A stretch of 64,000 bases of DNA from a virus. Where the stretch lies: positions 1-64,000 of IMG/VR virus record IMGVR_UViG_3300009509_000006. One strand, written 5' to 3'. Below the pieces are notes generated by a model, which saw only the letters and a program-made list of their open reading frames with translations, was not told the origin of the DNA and did no database searches. Shown one piece after another: positions 46,128-55,158 of this stretch. Positions within the stretch are counted from its first letter, which is position 1; every line of letters starts with the position of its first letter. The position numbers and the translations under genes were made by a program.

Positions 46128-46331
46128 TCATCGTCGCCGGCGTCGAAGTCGTGCGCGGGACGCACGCTGCTGGTCCCGCTCTCGTTGGTCTGCCTCCACC
46201 AGAGAGCATATCAGTCTGTACCTGCGACCAGAAGGCATTCGTTTGACGGCTTCCTCTGTCTGGTTCACCCGCCCAATGAGGAAGAAGATCTCTTTTTCCA
46301 GCGAGCTTGCGACGCCGAAGGGAAGAAAAAA
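46128..46331 (-). CDS. -1 frameshift extension of the tail assembly chaperone (GT-like)
   Basis: Frame without its own RBS (FFLPFGVASSLEKEIFFL…MPSGRRYRLI…) entered at T TTT TTC. Confidence 0.7.
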   Translation of the reverse strand, partial: FFLPFGVASSLEKEIFFLIGRVNQTEEAVKRMPSGRRYRLICSLVEADQRERDQQRASRARLRRRRR

Positions 46332-47107
46332 CTCGGCTGCCCGGGATTGATGTCGAGCTCCCAGGGAATATTGCACCCCTGGCACTTGAGCTCCACCGTC
46401 GTGTCGACCCCGCCATCAACCTTGGCGAACTCGGCAGCGAGGTAGTCTCGGTCCTGCGAGTGCATGGCCTGCAGGTGCAACCGGTTGGGCGGCATGCCGT
46501 TGATGTCTGTGATCCGGAGCTGCAGCTCGACGCTGATCGGGGCCATGTCGCCGGAAAGCCGGTCCCGCTCCACCTCGGCATCCCCATCCACGCACTTGAA
46601 TCGGACCAAGTCTCTCGAGTACGGCAACCTGACCTCGTAGAGGCGCTTCATAGGGTCCGCCATTGGCACCACCGGCAAAAGCCCCAGATCGTAGTTGAAC
46701 GTGTTCATGTGCGAGCAGGTCGCCCTGGGGCACCTCTCGCGGAACGGGAACATATCGCCGTGCGTCACCCGGCGGATCCCGAAGAAAAGAAAGGTTCTGT
46801 CGCCAATAAGAAGCTTTCTTGTCAGCCCCTGAATCAGGCGCCTCTCCTCAATGTAGAGACCCTGCTCCGGGTTGCCCACCCTCTCGATGCACGCACCAAG
46901 CAGCAGATCCATCTTGCGATCGGCCGGCACGTGCTTCGAAGACAGCATGTCCTCTTCCACGCCTGTTGTTCCGCGCAGCTTCACCTCAGTGTGCAGCACA
47001 TTGTTCTCGTCAATGTAGCCACACGGCATGGTGAACACCCCGATGTCCGAGGACGGCTCCTTCAATTGGCTCTCGATGAGCCCTTCTACTGCTATCGTGT
47101 CAGACAT
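46265..47107 (-). CDS. Tail assembly chaperone/T4 gp26-like baseplate hub assembly protein
   Basis: EEDML…LLIGDRTFLFFGIR…CPRATC…DGGVDT…CQGC…SFFFP. Confidence 0.85.
   Translation of the reverse strand: MSDTIAVEGLIESQLKEPSSDIGVFTMPCGYIDENNVLHTEVKLRGTTGVEEDMLSSKHVPADRKMDLLLGACIERVGNPEQGLYIEERRLIQGLTRKLLIGDRTFLFFGIRRVTHGDMFPFRERCPRATCSHMNTFNYDLGLLPVVPMADPMKRLYEVRLPYSRDLVRFKCVDGDAEVERDRLSGDMAPISVELQLRITDINGMPPNRLHLQAMHSQDRDYLAAEFAKVDGGVDTTVELKCQGCNIPWELDINPGQPSFFFPSASQARWKKRSSSSLGG
46325..46331 (-). other. Programmed -1 ribosomal frameshift slippery heptamer TTTTTTC
   Basis: In-frame AGT TTT TTC (X XXY YYZ) joining ORF 46265-47107 to frame 46128. Confidence 0.75.
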
Positions 47108-47651
47108 TTCGCCCCCCGACCTCGTCCCAGGCTTCGAGCCACATCATGAGAAGGGCCTTGGTCGTCTCCGTCACCGTCAGGCCTTCGCCGCGCGCCAGCC
47201 CCTTGAACTGCATGTACGTGTCCTTGCCCACCCAGACGTTCACCTTCACATCCGCCTGGACATCCTGGTAGTTGACCAGGTCGCTGTACAGCTCCCGCTT
47301 GTCCACGAAGCGCACCATGAGATAGCGCACCAGGCTCGAGAGCGAGTTGTACCGGTTCTTGCCCTTCAGGACAGCGCGAAGGCGCTCGTACAACTCCCGG
47401 GACATGAAAAAATTCACAGCCCGTGACGGCTCCTTCTCGTTCGACGACAAGTCGCACGCGAAGTCGCAGGTGCGACACAGCAGAACCGAGTTCGACACAG
47501 CCACCTGGCCGCCGAGGTCCTCCGGCACAACCAGGCGCACGACCAGTCGATCCGTTTCCCCGCAGTTCACACAGCGCGACCCGTGATGGAGCCACACCGC
47601 CCGCTCGAACGGAATCCCGTTCGCCTCCAACACTTCAATTTCTTCTCTCAT
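47100..47651 (-). CDS. Degenerate HNH-like zinc finger fused to tandem ribbon-helix-helix-like domains; probable regulator
   Basis: RCVNCG…VVPEDLGG…SNSVLLCRTC with His residues missing; VNFFMSRELYERL…SLSSLVRYLM and VNVWVGKDTYMQFK…TVTETTKALL. Confidence 0.75.
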   Translation of the reverse strand: MREEIEVLEANGIPFERAVWLHHGSRCVNCGETDRLVVRLVVPEDLGGQVAVSNSVLLCRTCDFACDLSSNEKEPSRAVNFFMSRELYERLRAVLKGKNRYNSLSSLVRYLMVRFVDKRELYSDLVNYQDVQADVKVNVWVGKDTYMQFKGLARGEGLTVTETTKALLMMWLEAWDEVGGRNV

Positions 47652-47661
47652 CGACCTCCTC

Positions 47662-47712
47662 CACGGTTACACTACCTCTGATAGATGTATATCAACCGTG
47701 AAGTAAGGTCAA
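47662..47712 (-). promoter_or_regulatory. AT-rich promoter/operator with two overlapping inverted repeats
   Basis: CACGGTT…AACCGTG (47662-47700), TGATA-6-TATCA (47679-47694); TTGACC upstream on the minus strand. Confidence 0.55.
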
Positions 47713-47716
47713 TTCT

Positions 47717-47893
47717 CTATCGCCGCCTGCGTTTCTTGCGGGCTCGCTTCAAGCGCATGAACACGGACATGTCGTCGGGGTCGAGGATCCACGAGTCGGG
47801 CACACTTCGCAGAGGCGGGAAAGTGGCCTTTGTGAAGTAGCCCACGTTGGCGGTCGTGGTCTGCTCGCTCATGCGCCAGCGTCTTCGTGCCAC
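47717..47893 (-). CDS. 58-aa basic peptide containing a copy of the capsid protein N-arm (absent from the ORF track)
   Basis: MARRRWRMSEQTTTANVGYFTKATFPPLRSVPDSWILDPDDMSVFMRLKRARKKRRRR*; GTG 1 nt after the tube gene stop (alternative ATG 47872). Confidence 0.75.
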   Translation of the reverse strand: MARRRWRMSEQTTTANVGYFTKATFPPLRSVPDSWILDPDDMSVFMRLKRARKKRRRR

Positions 47894-47894
47894 G

Positions 47895-48659
47895 TCAACC
47901 CCCTGCGAGCGAGACCTCGGTGAACTGCTCGACCTCGATGTCGAGCTCCATGATGCTCACCTCGCTCGACATGGCATCGAAGTCGCTGGCGACCTTGTAC
48001 CGGGTCGGAATGCAACTCTTGAGCTTCCACGCTCGAGCGGGAAGGCGATCAACCTTCGCGCCCAGGCCTCCGAAGTCGAGAGCGGCGCCCAACGCCGTAG
48101 CTGCTCCAGTGAGTGTAGGGCCGCCGAAGAGCCCCGCCAGCAGGATCCCGAATCCGAGGCCCGCGTTGCCGAGCCCGTAGTGCGCGAAAGTCTGCACGAG
48201 GAGGAGGTCTCGGCGATACGTCACGCCGCCGATCCTCGGAAACCCGAAGAGGCCGCCTACAGAGGCAAGGGCGAGCGCAGCAGTTCCTACGTTCTCGCCA
48301 ATACCCTCGCTCAAGGCGCCGCCTCCGATCGTCAACGAGAGCCCGTACTGCTTCGACTGGAAGTCCTCGGTGTCGCCAGAGACGGCAGTCTTGATCCAGC
48401 GGTAGAAGTCGGAGTCGTAGAAGAGCGCGCCCCTCTGAAGCGTCATAGTGGACACGCCTGCCGCCTTGACGACCTTCCGCGGGTAGGGCCAGTTCCCTTC
48501 CTGGATGGTCTCGAACTCGACGTAGAGCTCGGGCGCAGTGATCTCAGAGAAGCCGAACAGGGGCGTGAATATGGGGAGCGCGAGCGCCTCGATCGGGGCC
48601 ACGTCAATCAAGTAGAACGGATACACCTGCAAGTGGTCTTGCAGGGCCGATCTGGTCAT
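47895..48659 (-). CDS. Tail tube-like protein 2 (gp19 family; tube initiator) with hydrophobic insertions
   Basis: GFSEITAPE…IQEGN…TLQRG…FYRWI…AWKL…PTRYKVASDFDAMSSEVSIMELDI. Confidence 0.88.
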   Translation of the reverse strand: MTRSALQDHLQVYPFYLIDVAPIEALALPIFTPLFGFSEITAPELYVEFETIQEGNWPYPRKVVKAAGVSTMTLQRGALFYDSDFYRWIKTAVSGDTEDFQSKQYGLSLTIGGGALSEGIGENVGTAALALASVGGLFGFPRIGGVTYRRDLLLVQTFAHYGLGNAGLGFGILLAGLFGGPTLTGAATALGAALDFGGLGAKVDRLPARAWKLKSCIPTRYKVASDFDAMSSEVSIMELDIEVEQFTEVSLAGG

Positions 48660-48677
48660 GGTGACCCCTCACTGGAA

Positions 48678-49232
48678 TCAGGGAGCGTACTCGATGCTCT
48701 CGACATTCTCGTAGGCGATGTCCAGCTCCTGGATCGAGACTTCGGACGAAGTGGCGTCGAGGTCGCCACTGAACTTGTGACGTGTCGGGAAGGACTGGTG
48801 CAGGATGAACTGCCGTCCCGTCCCGGCGTCCAGGTTGAGCTTCGTCTGGTTCTCGCCCCCGGCGCCCGGGAAGCCACGGCTCAGCGTGTTCTCGCGGTGG
48901 AACTGCGTGATGAGCACCTTCGCGCGGTACTCGCCCGATCCCTCGATCACAACACGGAGCCAGTCCCAGAAGGCCGAGCTCTGTCTGGTCACACCACGGC
49001 TGAATGTGCAATCCGACATGCTCGGCTTGCCCGGATACTTGCGGGTGTAGATGTCGGTCCCTTCGGAGTACTCGGCCGGCTCGACCGTGACCTCGGGCGT
49101 GGTGATTGCCGAGAAGCCCGCCTGCGGGTAGCCGGGGATGCGCTGGAAGTACAGGCGCTCCCCGATCCCGATGGCGTCCGCGTGGAACCGGAAGCCCTGA
49201 AGGAAATCGGAAGATTCTGGTCTCGACGACAT
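48678..49232 (-). CDS. gp19: Major tail tube protein (T4 gp19/Afp1 family)
   Basis: DFLQGFRF…AGFSAITTPE…EYSEG…KYPG…FSRGV…FWDW…GDLDATSSEVSIQELDIAYE. Confidence 0.93.
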   Translation of the reverse strand: MSSRPESSDFLQGFRFHADAIGIGERLYFQRIPGYPQAGFSAITTPEVTVEPAEYSEGTDIYTRKYPGKPSMSDCTFSRGVTRQSSAFWDWLRVVIEGSGEYRAKVLITQFHRENTLSRGFPGAGGENQTKLNLDAGTGRQFILHQSFPTRHKFSGDLDATSSEVSIQELDIAYENVESIEYAP

Positions 49233-49284
49233 AGTCGACCTCTTGCTTGTGCGTCAGAGAAATGGACTCCCGGCATCAGAAGGA

Positions 49285-49893
49285 TCAGGACTCACGACGG
49301 ATCAGGACGAAGACTTCTCCGACCGCAGTGCTGTCGCTCCGATACACGAACAGACCCTTGGTGACTGCCGGAGTTGCCACCGCAGAGGCATTGTCCGAAG
49401 CGTCGGCACGCCCCAGGGAGGTACTGTCCATCGTGGCGAGCACATTCCCAGCACCAGCCGCCTCGTCCCGGAGCTCCCACGTGCCAGCCACCGCAGTGCT
49501 GATCTTCGCCCAGGCATCAACGACGCGGAACTTGTAGGGCAGGTTGTCGAGGGCATAGGCGACCACGTCATCAGCGCCACCACCGCCAACAGGGCAATTG
49601 ATGCGAAGGAGAGCCACGCCGGAAAGCAGAGCTGCCGCGGCGACTTCCTGGAAGTCGTCACCGGTGATCGAGTTCGGCGGGGCCATCAGACCCGAGGCGA
49701 GCTCGTCGGCTGTGTACTCGATGGAAAAGGAGATGTTGCCCAGGGCGAGCTGCTCCTGAACAACGCGGAGACCGGGCACCTCGGAAGGCGACCGGTTCTC
49801 GAGCTCGAGCGTCGCGCCACCGGGGAGCGTGTAGTAGAAGTCGCCCAGGTGGATCGCGTCGCTGGTCAGGTTGACGATCGTGAACTTTGCCAT
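49285..49893 (-). CDS. Hypothetical virion protein
   Basis: GGAGG RBS; 202 aa; between sheath and tube. Confidence 0.75.
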   Translation of the reverse strand: MAKFTIVNLTSDAIHLGDFYYTLPGGATLELENRSPSEVPGLRVVQEQLALGNISFSIEYTADELASGLMAPPNSITGDDFQEVAAAALLSGVALLRINCPVGGGGADDVVAYALDNLPYKFRVVDAWAKISTAVAGTWELRDEAAGAGNVLATMDSTSLGRADASDNASAVATPAVTKGLFVYRSDSTAVGEVFVLIRRES

Positions 49894-49948
49894 CTCTTGA
49901 GACCTCCATACCGGAAGGCGGAACCGGGCCCTGTGGCCCAGGCGCCTA

Positions 49949-52858
49949 TCAGGTCAACGTCTTCTGCGTGAATCGGAACCGCACGAACTCGGCAGGCTTC
50001 TGTGGCGCCAGAGCGATGTCAATGATCACCTGGCCAGCGTCGATGCTCTCTGGAGAGTTGTTCGTGCTGTCCACCGTGACGATGAAGGCCTCGGAAGGCT
50101 GGGCGCCTGCCAGGATGCCTTCGTTGAACAGATTGAGGAAGAAGCCCTCGAGCTGCGCCTTGATCCGGGTCCACAGGGCCGGGCCGTTGTTCTCGAACAC
50201 GATCCAGAACGTCGAGTTGTAGACGCTCCGCTCGGCAAACATGAACATCCGCCGCGTCGAAATGTAGCGCCAATCGCTCTGATTCGAGATCGTGCGAACG
50301 CCCCAGACAGCTCGGCCGGTCGCCGCGCTTGCGATGAGCGGGTTGATCTTGTTCGGGTAGACCGTGTTCCGCTCTTCGATGTCGGGCTCGGTCTCGAGAC
50401 CCGTGACGAAGCGGAGCTGGCCGTCGACGACTCCACCGGGAGCCTTGCCGACGTTGCGGTCGTTGTCGGTCCGCGCGTAGATCCCAGCGATGTGCCCCAG
50501 AGGCGGGATCAGAAGGTCTCGGTTGTCCGATAGCGGATCCGCGATCTTCACCCACGGCCAATACAGGGCGGCCCACTTCGAGAAGCGTTGGAGCGTGTAC
50601 CGGAACCAGCTGACCGCCTCTTGTGCGGTGAGCGCGGACGGAACGGCCAGGATAGCGAAGCGGTCGCCACCGTGCGGGAGCGCTTCCCGAGCGTCGCAGT
50701 AGTCGAGGATGTCGCCCGTGATCGTCGTGTCGCCGGCCCAGTCTGGCACGATCAACTGCAAGAGCTCGTCGACCTTGTTGAACGCGAAGATGCCTTCGTA
50801 GTTCGGGCTGAGAGTCGGGCTCGTGAACTGGTTTCGCCCCCACTGTGTCGTCGAAGTGAACGTCCCGTTCGTCCCTTCTGCGTAGCCCTTGGTCGTGTCG
50901 CCAAAGTCTTCGTCGTGCTGCGTCTCTTCGGGCTCGGTGTAGTAGTTCAGGACGGCGAGCGTCCCGTTCTTGATCGGGTGCCCGGCGACCACCGTCACGT
51001 CGATCAAGCCGCTCGAGTACGTGATCTCGTTCGTTCCGGCGGCATCGATGTCCCCGGTCAGATTGCCGGCCCCGTCATCGATGATCGTGCGAGTGCTGTC
51101 GTCCGTCGCCGACGTGTACGTGAGCGAGAAGGTGCGAGGCTGCACGGGGGCGTTTCCGACATAGTCCTGGATCGTTCGACCGCCCGTTGTCTCGTCCCCG
51201 CCGACCAGAACTCGATAGCGCGGGACAGCCTGGAGCTGCCCCGGAGCCTCGTTGCCTCCGGGCTCGTTGACCACGACCAGATCCGAGAGATCGTTGACCA
51301 CATCGGCGAAGAACTTGGTCGAGGTGTCGTCCGAGAAGTCGAGCTCTTCGTAGGGCTCGCTGATCGAGTAGTCCTGGAGCGAGCTGTTGTACTCCAGCAC
51401 CTGGAAGTCGAAGCGGCTGAACTGCCCGGTCTCCGCAGTGTAGTAGTCGACGTTGCCCTTCACACGCAGGCGCACGTCATTGCCCCACTCTCCACGAGAG
51501 GACGGGTCGAGGTCCCAGGCGTAGATGTTGTAAGTCCACAGGATCGGGCCGCCGTTCCCGGCGCCAGTGGGGCCAATGGGTGCCGTCGAGAAGTTGAGCG
51601 TGTACGACCCGTCGTCGTAGTCGACAACAGAGGCCGCGGCAACATCCCCTGTGATGTTCCCGGCACCATCATCCGTCGCGGTCTTGGTGTCGCTCGCGAG
51701 GTCATAGTCCGCCGTCACAAGCGAGTTGGCATCGATGGCCACGGCGGTGCGCAGAGACCACACACCGGTGCGGCAATCCATGATGGCGTACACACCCGAG
51801 GGAGGAGGTGTCGCAGCCGTCGCATAGGTCCAACGGTCGATCTTCACCGAAAGAACCGCTGTGCGAGGTGTTCCGCCTGCTTCCCACTTGAGGGTCACAC
51901 TCCCACCAAGGTAGGAGAACAACGCCTCGTCGAGACCCGGACCATCGACGCCTCCGGTCGGTTGCGTCACCGTGATCGCGCCACCGGTCGTGTTCTCGGC
52001 CCACGAGGTAACGTTCCCTGCCGTTCCGGGGTTCGTGTTGTAGATGTCGACCTGGGACAGGCTCGCGTTCTGCGTCGCGGACTTCAACGTGAGGCCGGAG
52101 GCCACACCATTGATCGCCGCACGCATGGCTTCGGCGACATCGTCTGTGGAAGCGACGGCGCTGATATCGACGGGGACGTTTCCAGCAGTCACCGAGGAAT
52201 CGTCGTCGAACTCGAACACGGTCGGCGTGTTGATCCCGTCGTCCAGCGTGAACGTATCACCATCGACGATCTGCAGAGCGCCGAACGCCGTGACGACCAT
52301 GCGACCGTCGGCACCTCTGCCGTCCGGGAGCTGTCCTCCAAACTTCGTGGAAGACCCATCCCCAACAACCGCACCAGTTCGGCCGCTCGCGTTCGACACG
52401 GCGCTCGTCGGCGACGACCCGAGCTCACGCCACCGAATCTCGACAGATTCGGGCACGATAGGGGTGTCGCCGTCATTGACTTTCAGCCCGGTTGTGATCG
52501 CGGTCTTCGAGAATGCGGTCGTGGTCCCGTCGCCCGTCTCAGCTTCGTAGTCGTATTGCTTCGACTGAATCTTGGCCTCGGCGAGCGTCGCGTCCCCTGG
52601 CACGACACGGACAATGTAGGCGCGCCTTCCTCCGTTCGCGAAGTAGGCCGCCATGGAATGGCCCAGGAAGCTCTCTTGCGTGAGCGCCCCGAACTTTCGG
52701 GTGTAGTCGTCGAAAGACGTCACCAGCGTTGCAAGATTCTCGGGCCCCTTGGGCGAGTAGCCGAGGCCGCCAACGGTGGAGGTCGAGACCCCCTGGATCA
52801 CTTGCACCTGGGACGGCACCTCTTCGATGAAGACGCCAGCACTCAGGATCTCTGCCAC
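49949..52858 (-). CDS. gp18: Tail sheath protein with large inserted domains
   Basis: SAGVFIEEV…YFANGGRRAYIVRV…AALYWPW…IPPLGHIAGIYARTD…VGKAPGG…VWGVRT…WRYISTRR…VFENN…KPAEFV. Confidence 0.97.
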   Translation of the reverse strand: MAEILSAGVFIEEVPSQVQVIQGVSTSTVGGLGYSPKGPENLATLVTSFDDYTRKFGALTQESFLGHSMAAYFANGGRRAYIVRVVPGDATLAEAKIQSKQYDYEAETGDGTTTAFSKTAITTGLKVNDGDTPIVPESVEIRWRELGSSPTSAVSNASGRTGAVVGDGSSTKFGGQLPDGRGADGRMVVTAFGALQIVDGDTFTLDDGINTPTVFEFDDDSSVTAGNVPVDISAVASTDDVAEAMRAAINGVASGLTLKSATQNASLSQVDIYNTNPGTAGNVTSWAENTTGGAITVTQPTGGVDGPGLDEALFSYLGGSVTLKWEAGGTPRTAVLSVKIDRWTYATAATPPPSGVYAIMDCRTGVWSLRTAVAIDANSLVTADYDLASDTKTATDDGAGNITGDVAAASVVDYDDGSYTLNFSTAPIGPTGAGNGGPILWTYNIYAWDLDPSSRGEWGNDVRLRVKGNVDYYTAETGQFSRFDFQVLEYNSSLQDYSISEPYEELDFSDDTSTKFFADVVNDLSDLVVVNEPGGNEAPGQLQAVPRYRVLVGGDETTGGRTIQDYVGNAPVQPRTFSLTYTSATDDSTRTIIDDGAGNLTGDIDAAGTNEITYSSGLIDVTVVAGHPIKNGTLAVLNYYTEPEETQHDEDFGDTTKGYAEGTNGTFTSTTQWGRNQFTSPTLSPNYEGIFAFNKVDELLQLIVPDWAGDTTITGDILDYCDAREALPHGGDRFAILAVPSALTAQEAVSWFRYTLQRFSKWAALYWPWVKIADPLSDNRDLLIPPLGHIAGIYARTDNDRNVGKAPGGVVDGQLRFVTGLETEPDIEERNTVYPNKINPLIASAATGRAVWGVRTISNQSDWRYISTRRMFMFAERSVYNSTFWIVFENNGPALWTRIKAQLEGFFLNLFNEGILAGAQPSEAFIVTVDSTNNSPESIDAGQVIIDIALAPQKPAEFVRFRFTQKTLT

Positions 52859-52870
52859 TGTATCCTCCTA

Positions 52871-53170
52871 TCAGCCCTTCTTGCTCGTCGCCTTTTTCTT
52901 GCTTGTCGTCCTCTTCTTCGGAGCCGGCTTATCGGGCTTCGGCTCGGGCTCGACAGGAGCAGACGCCGTCGCGGGTACGGGCTCAGGCTCGGGGTCTGGT
53001 TTCGGGGCTCTCCGAGCGAGAATGCGGAGCTTGTACAGCCGCACAAGCTCCGGCGAGCCCTCGAGCTCCTCGGGCACCTCGACCCACTTCCGCGGAGGGA
53101 AGCTCTGCGAACTGCCGTCTCTCAGAGTAGCGGCACGTGGGCTCCGCGTCTTGTTGTAGTAGCTAGCCAT
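52871..53170 (-). CDS. Small protein upstream of the sheath, Pro/Lys-rich tail
   Basis: GGAG RBS; tiles the operon. Confidence 0.7.
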   Translation of the reverse strand: MASYYNKTRSPRAATLRDGSSQSFPPRKWVEVPEELEGSPELVRLYKLRILARRAPKPDPEPEPVPATASAPVEPEPKPDKPAPKKRTTSKKKATSKKG

Positions 53171-53930
53171 CGTGGATCTCGCTCCGAATCGTCGGGATTT
53201 GCGTTACAGCACGCCTCACTTCCGGGGGATTGAGGTCGATTTCACCCTGAACGCGCAAACTCAACCGGAACCCTATCTTCCGCGCAGTCACATCGAGGAG
53301 CTCGTCTTCCGTGTCGATACTCTCCGCATCAGCGTGGTACGTGCGGACGTCTCCTATGGTATCAACTACGCGGACGTTGCAATAGGGTTGATAGATGCTC
53401 ATGACGTAGTGGAAGATCGCGCCAGCCTGGTTTCGCGGGCCTTCCACATTCACCCCACCACGGTTGCGGGCGAGCACCTGGATGCCGTAGCTGATATCGA
53501 ACGGGACCGCCTGGGGCGTGAACTCATAGGAGTCGTACCCATAGACCTTCCGACCGTCTGGGTACTCGATCACAGTCGGCAAGGCTCCCTTTGCAGGCGC
53601 GCGGTATTGCGTGTTGCCCGGATGCCACCGGTTCATTGCCCGCTCTATCCCTTCTCGCATCACAGCGATCATGGGCATCTTCGCGTCGGCGAGCATGTCG
53701 TCCGGGTTCCCGAAGATGATGGGGATTCCGGGAAGCCCCGGAGGAGGACAGACACCGGTGATGCCCATGTCCTCGATCGTCGCGATCGTGATGTAGTAGT
53801 CAGCTCCGACCTTTGTAGGGTTCAAGGTCAGCACCACCCCGGAGTCGAAGTCCCGGAGCGTAACGCGCCCACACCGAGCGCGTCCGAGGCTCCGGTCCTC
53901 GTGATCCAGGCTAGCAACTACGTTCGGCAT
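53163..53930 (-). CDS. Tail terminator/sheath stabiliser (gp15-like)
   Basis: LRDFDSGV…IPIIFGNP…MPMIAV…PFDISYGIQV; position before the sheath. Confidence 0.7.
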   Translation of the reverse strand: MPNVVASLDHEDRSLGRARCGRVTLRDFDSGVVLTLNPTKVGADYYITIATIEDMGITGVCPPPGLPGIPIIFGNPDDMLADAKMPMIAVMREGIERAMNRWHPGNTQYRAPAKGALPTVIEYPDGRKVYGYDSYEFTPQAVPFDISYGIQVLARNRGGVNVEGPRNQAGAIFHYVMSIYQPYCNVRVVDTIGDVRTYHADAESIDTEDELLDVTARKIGFRLSLRVQGEIDLNPPEVRRAVTQIPTIRSEIHDG

Positions 53931-53934
53931 GGGT

Positions 53935-54336
53935 TTACGCGCCCGCGTTCACCTGGGATCGAGCAATCGACAGGGCACGCTCGCCGAGACCGCAAGTGGC
54001 CGCCCGAGCGATCCAGATCGCCAGGCCCTTCTGGTCGTTCGGGATTTCGAAGAGCAAAGCCTCCTCGATCATCTGGTCAATGGCCGTGCCGACGCACTGC
54101 ATGGCTCCGTCCACAGTGAGCCCGTACTCGACGCCGATCGCATCGACGATGTCCTCGATGTAGCGATCGAAGTCGTGCGTGACGCCAGTGATGTTCGTGG
54201 CCTTGCCGGTACCAGGCAGACTGCCGTGTCGATCGGTTGCGGCTTCGCCGAGCGCCTCCTTGGAGGAGTCGAACTCCATGTCGCCAATGATCTTGTCACG
54301 GATGCCTTCCAGAACGGCGTTGAATTCCGAATTCAT
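53935..54336 (-). CDS. Hypothetical acidic protein
   Basis: GGAG RBS; 133 aa. Confidence 0.75.
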   Translation of the reverse strand: MNSEFNAVLEGIRDKIIGDMEFDSSKEALGEAATDRHGSLPGTGKATNITGVTHDFDRYIEDIVDAIGVEYGLTVDGAMQCVGTAIDQMIEEALLFEIPNDQKGLAIWIARAATCGLGERALSIARSQVNAGA

Positions 54337-54345
54337 GCTTCTCTC

Positions 54346-55158
54346 CTACGCGCGGATTCCGAGGGTCTTCTGGAACTTGAAGTAGTCCCCGAGCTGGCTT
54401 GCTGACATCCGAGTAGATGCCACCGGACGCTTCCAGCCCCGGTACATCGGATCCATCATAGTGCGAACCCAGGCTTTCTGGGAACGAGCAATCCCCAAAA
54501 ACCCCGACAGGACACGCCGGACAGCGGGGCGCCAGTGAGGTCGAGGCTTCATGCCACCGAGGCCGAGCTCCAAGCGAAGCGCTTCGAAGGCAATGTCAGG
54601 AGCAGCTCGGACCGAAGGCATCGCCTTCTTTTTCTTGTCGCCTCGCACCCCGGCTTTCGCCAATTGCGGACGCCACTCTTTCTCGTCCCTACGGCGCTGC
54701 TTGGCGACACGCTGCACCTCTCGCACATGCACACGGCGCGAGACGAGCCGCGCGTCCGCCTTCTTCGGAGCGAAGGGTAGGGTGTCCAAAGTCCAAGGGG
54801 AAAAGCGGGCCAAGATAGCGATCTCCTCTGGAAGCCTGCGTTGGCGCCGACGAGGCTCAACATACAGAACCAACTTTTGAGCGTCAACACGGCTTACCCG
54901 CTTAGAGCGAGGCGTAGCGCGGACGATCCAGCCACCCTCGTCCTTCGACAGGCCCACGATCCGGTCGACACGAAAGGCTTTGCGGTATGCTTTCCAGTCC
55001 GTACCCTGGGGCACTTTGGAGAGCACTCGCGTCTCAACGTGCTCCGCAACGACTCGGGGCACATCGTCCAGAAGAGCTCTTGTCCGGTCCTGCCACTCCT
55101 TCAGGAGGCGCGCCAGTTGCTTGACGCTCTCGCCCGGTCTGACCCGAATTTCAATCAT
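54346..55158 (-). CDS. Basic neck/tail completion protein (HK97 gp10-like C-terminus)
   Basis: Start ATG 55158 (GAGG RBS); LRLELG…MKPRPHWRPAVR. Confidence 0.65.
   Translation of the reverse strand: MIEIRVRPGESVKQLARLLKEWQDRTRALLDDVPRVVAEHVETRVLSKVPQGTDWKAYRKAFRVDRIVGLSKDEGGWIVRATPRSKRVSRVDAQKLVLYVEPRRRQRRLPEEIAILARFSPWTLDTLPFAPKKADARLVSRRVHVREVQRVAKQRRRDEKEWRPQLAKAGVRGDKKKKAMPSVRAAPDIAFEALRLELGLGGMKPRPHWRPAVRRVLSGFLGIARSQKAWVRTMMDPMYRGWKRPVASTRMSASQLGDYFKFQKTLGIRA

Noticed and set aside
47100-47651. Active HNH homing endonuclease
   Set aside because: Expected catalytic and metal-binding His residues are missing
49905-49948. Terminator after the sheath gene (GGGCC-ACAG-GGCCC)
   Set aside because: Short stem without a U-tract; at most an RNA stability hairpin
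13416-53930. Interpretation as a bacterial extracellular contractile injection system or tailocin
   Set aside because: Contiguous capsid, protease, neck and core genes show a complete phage virion
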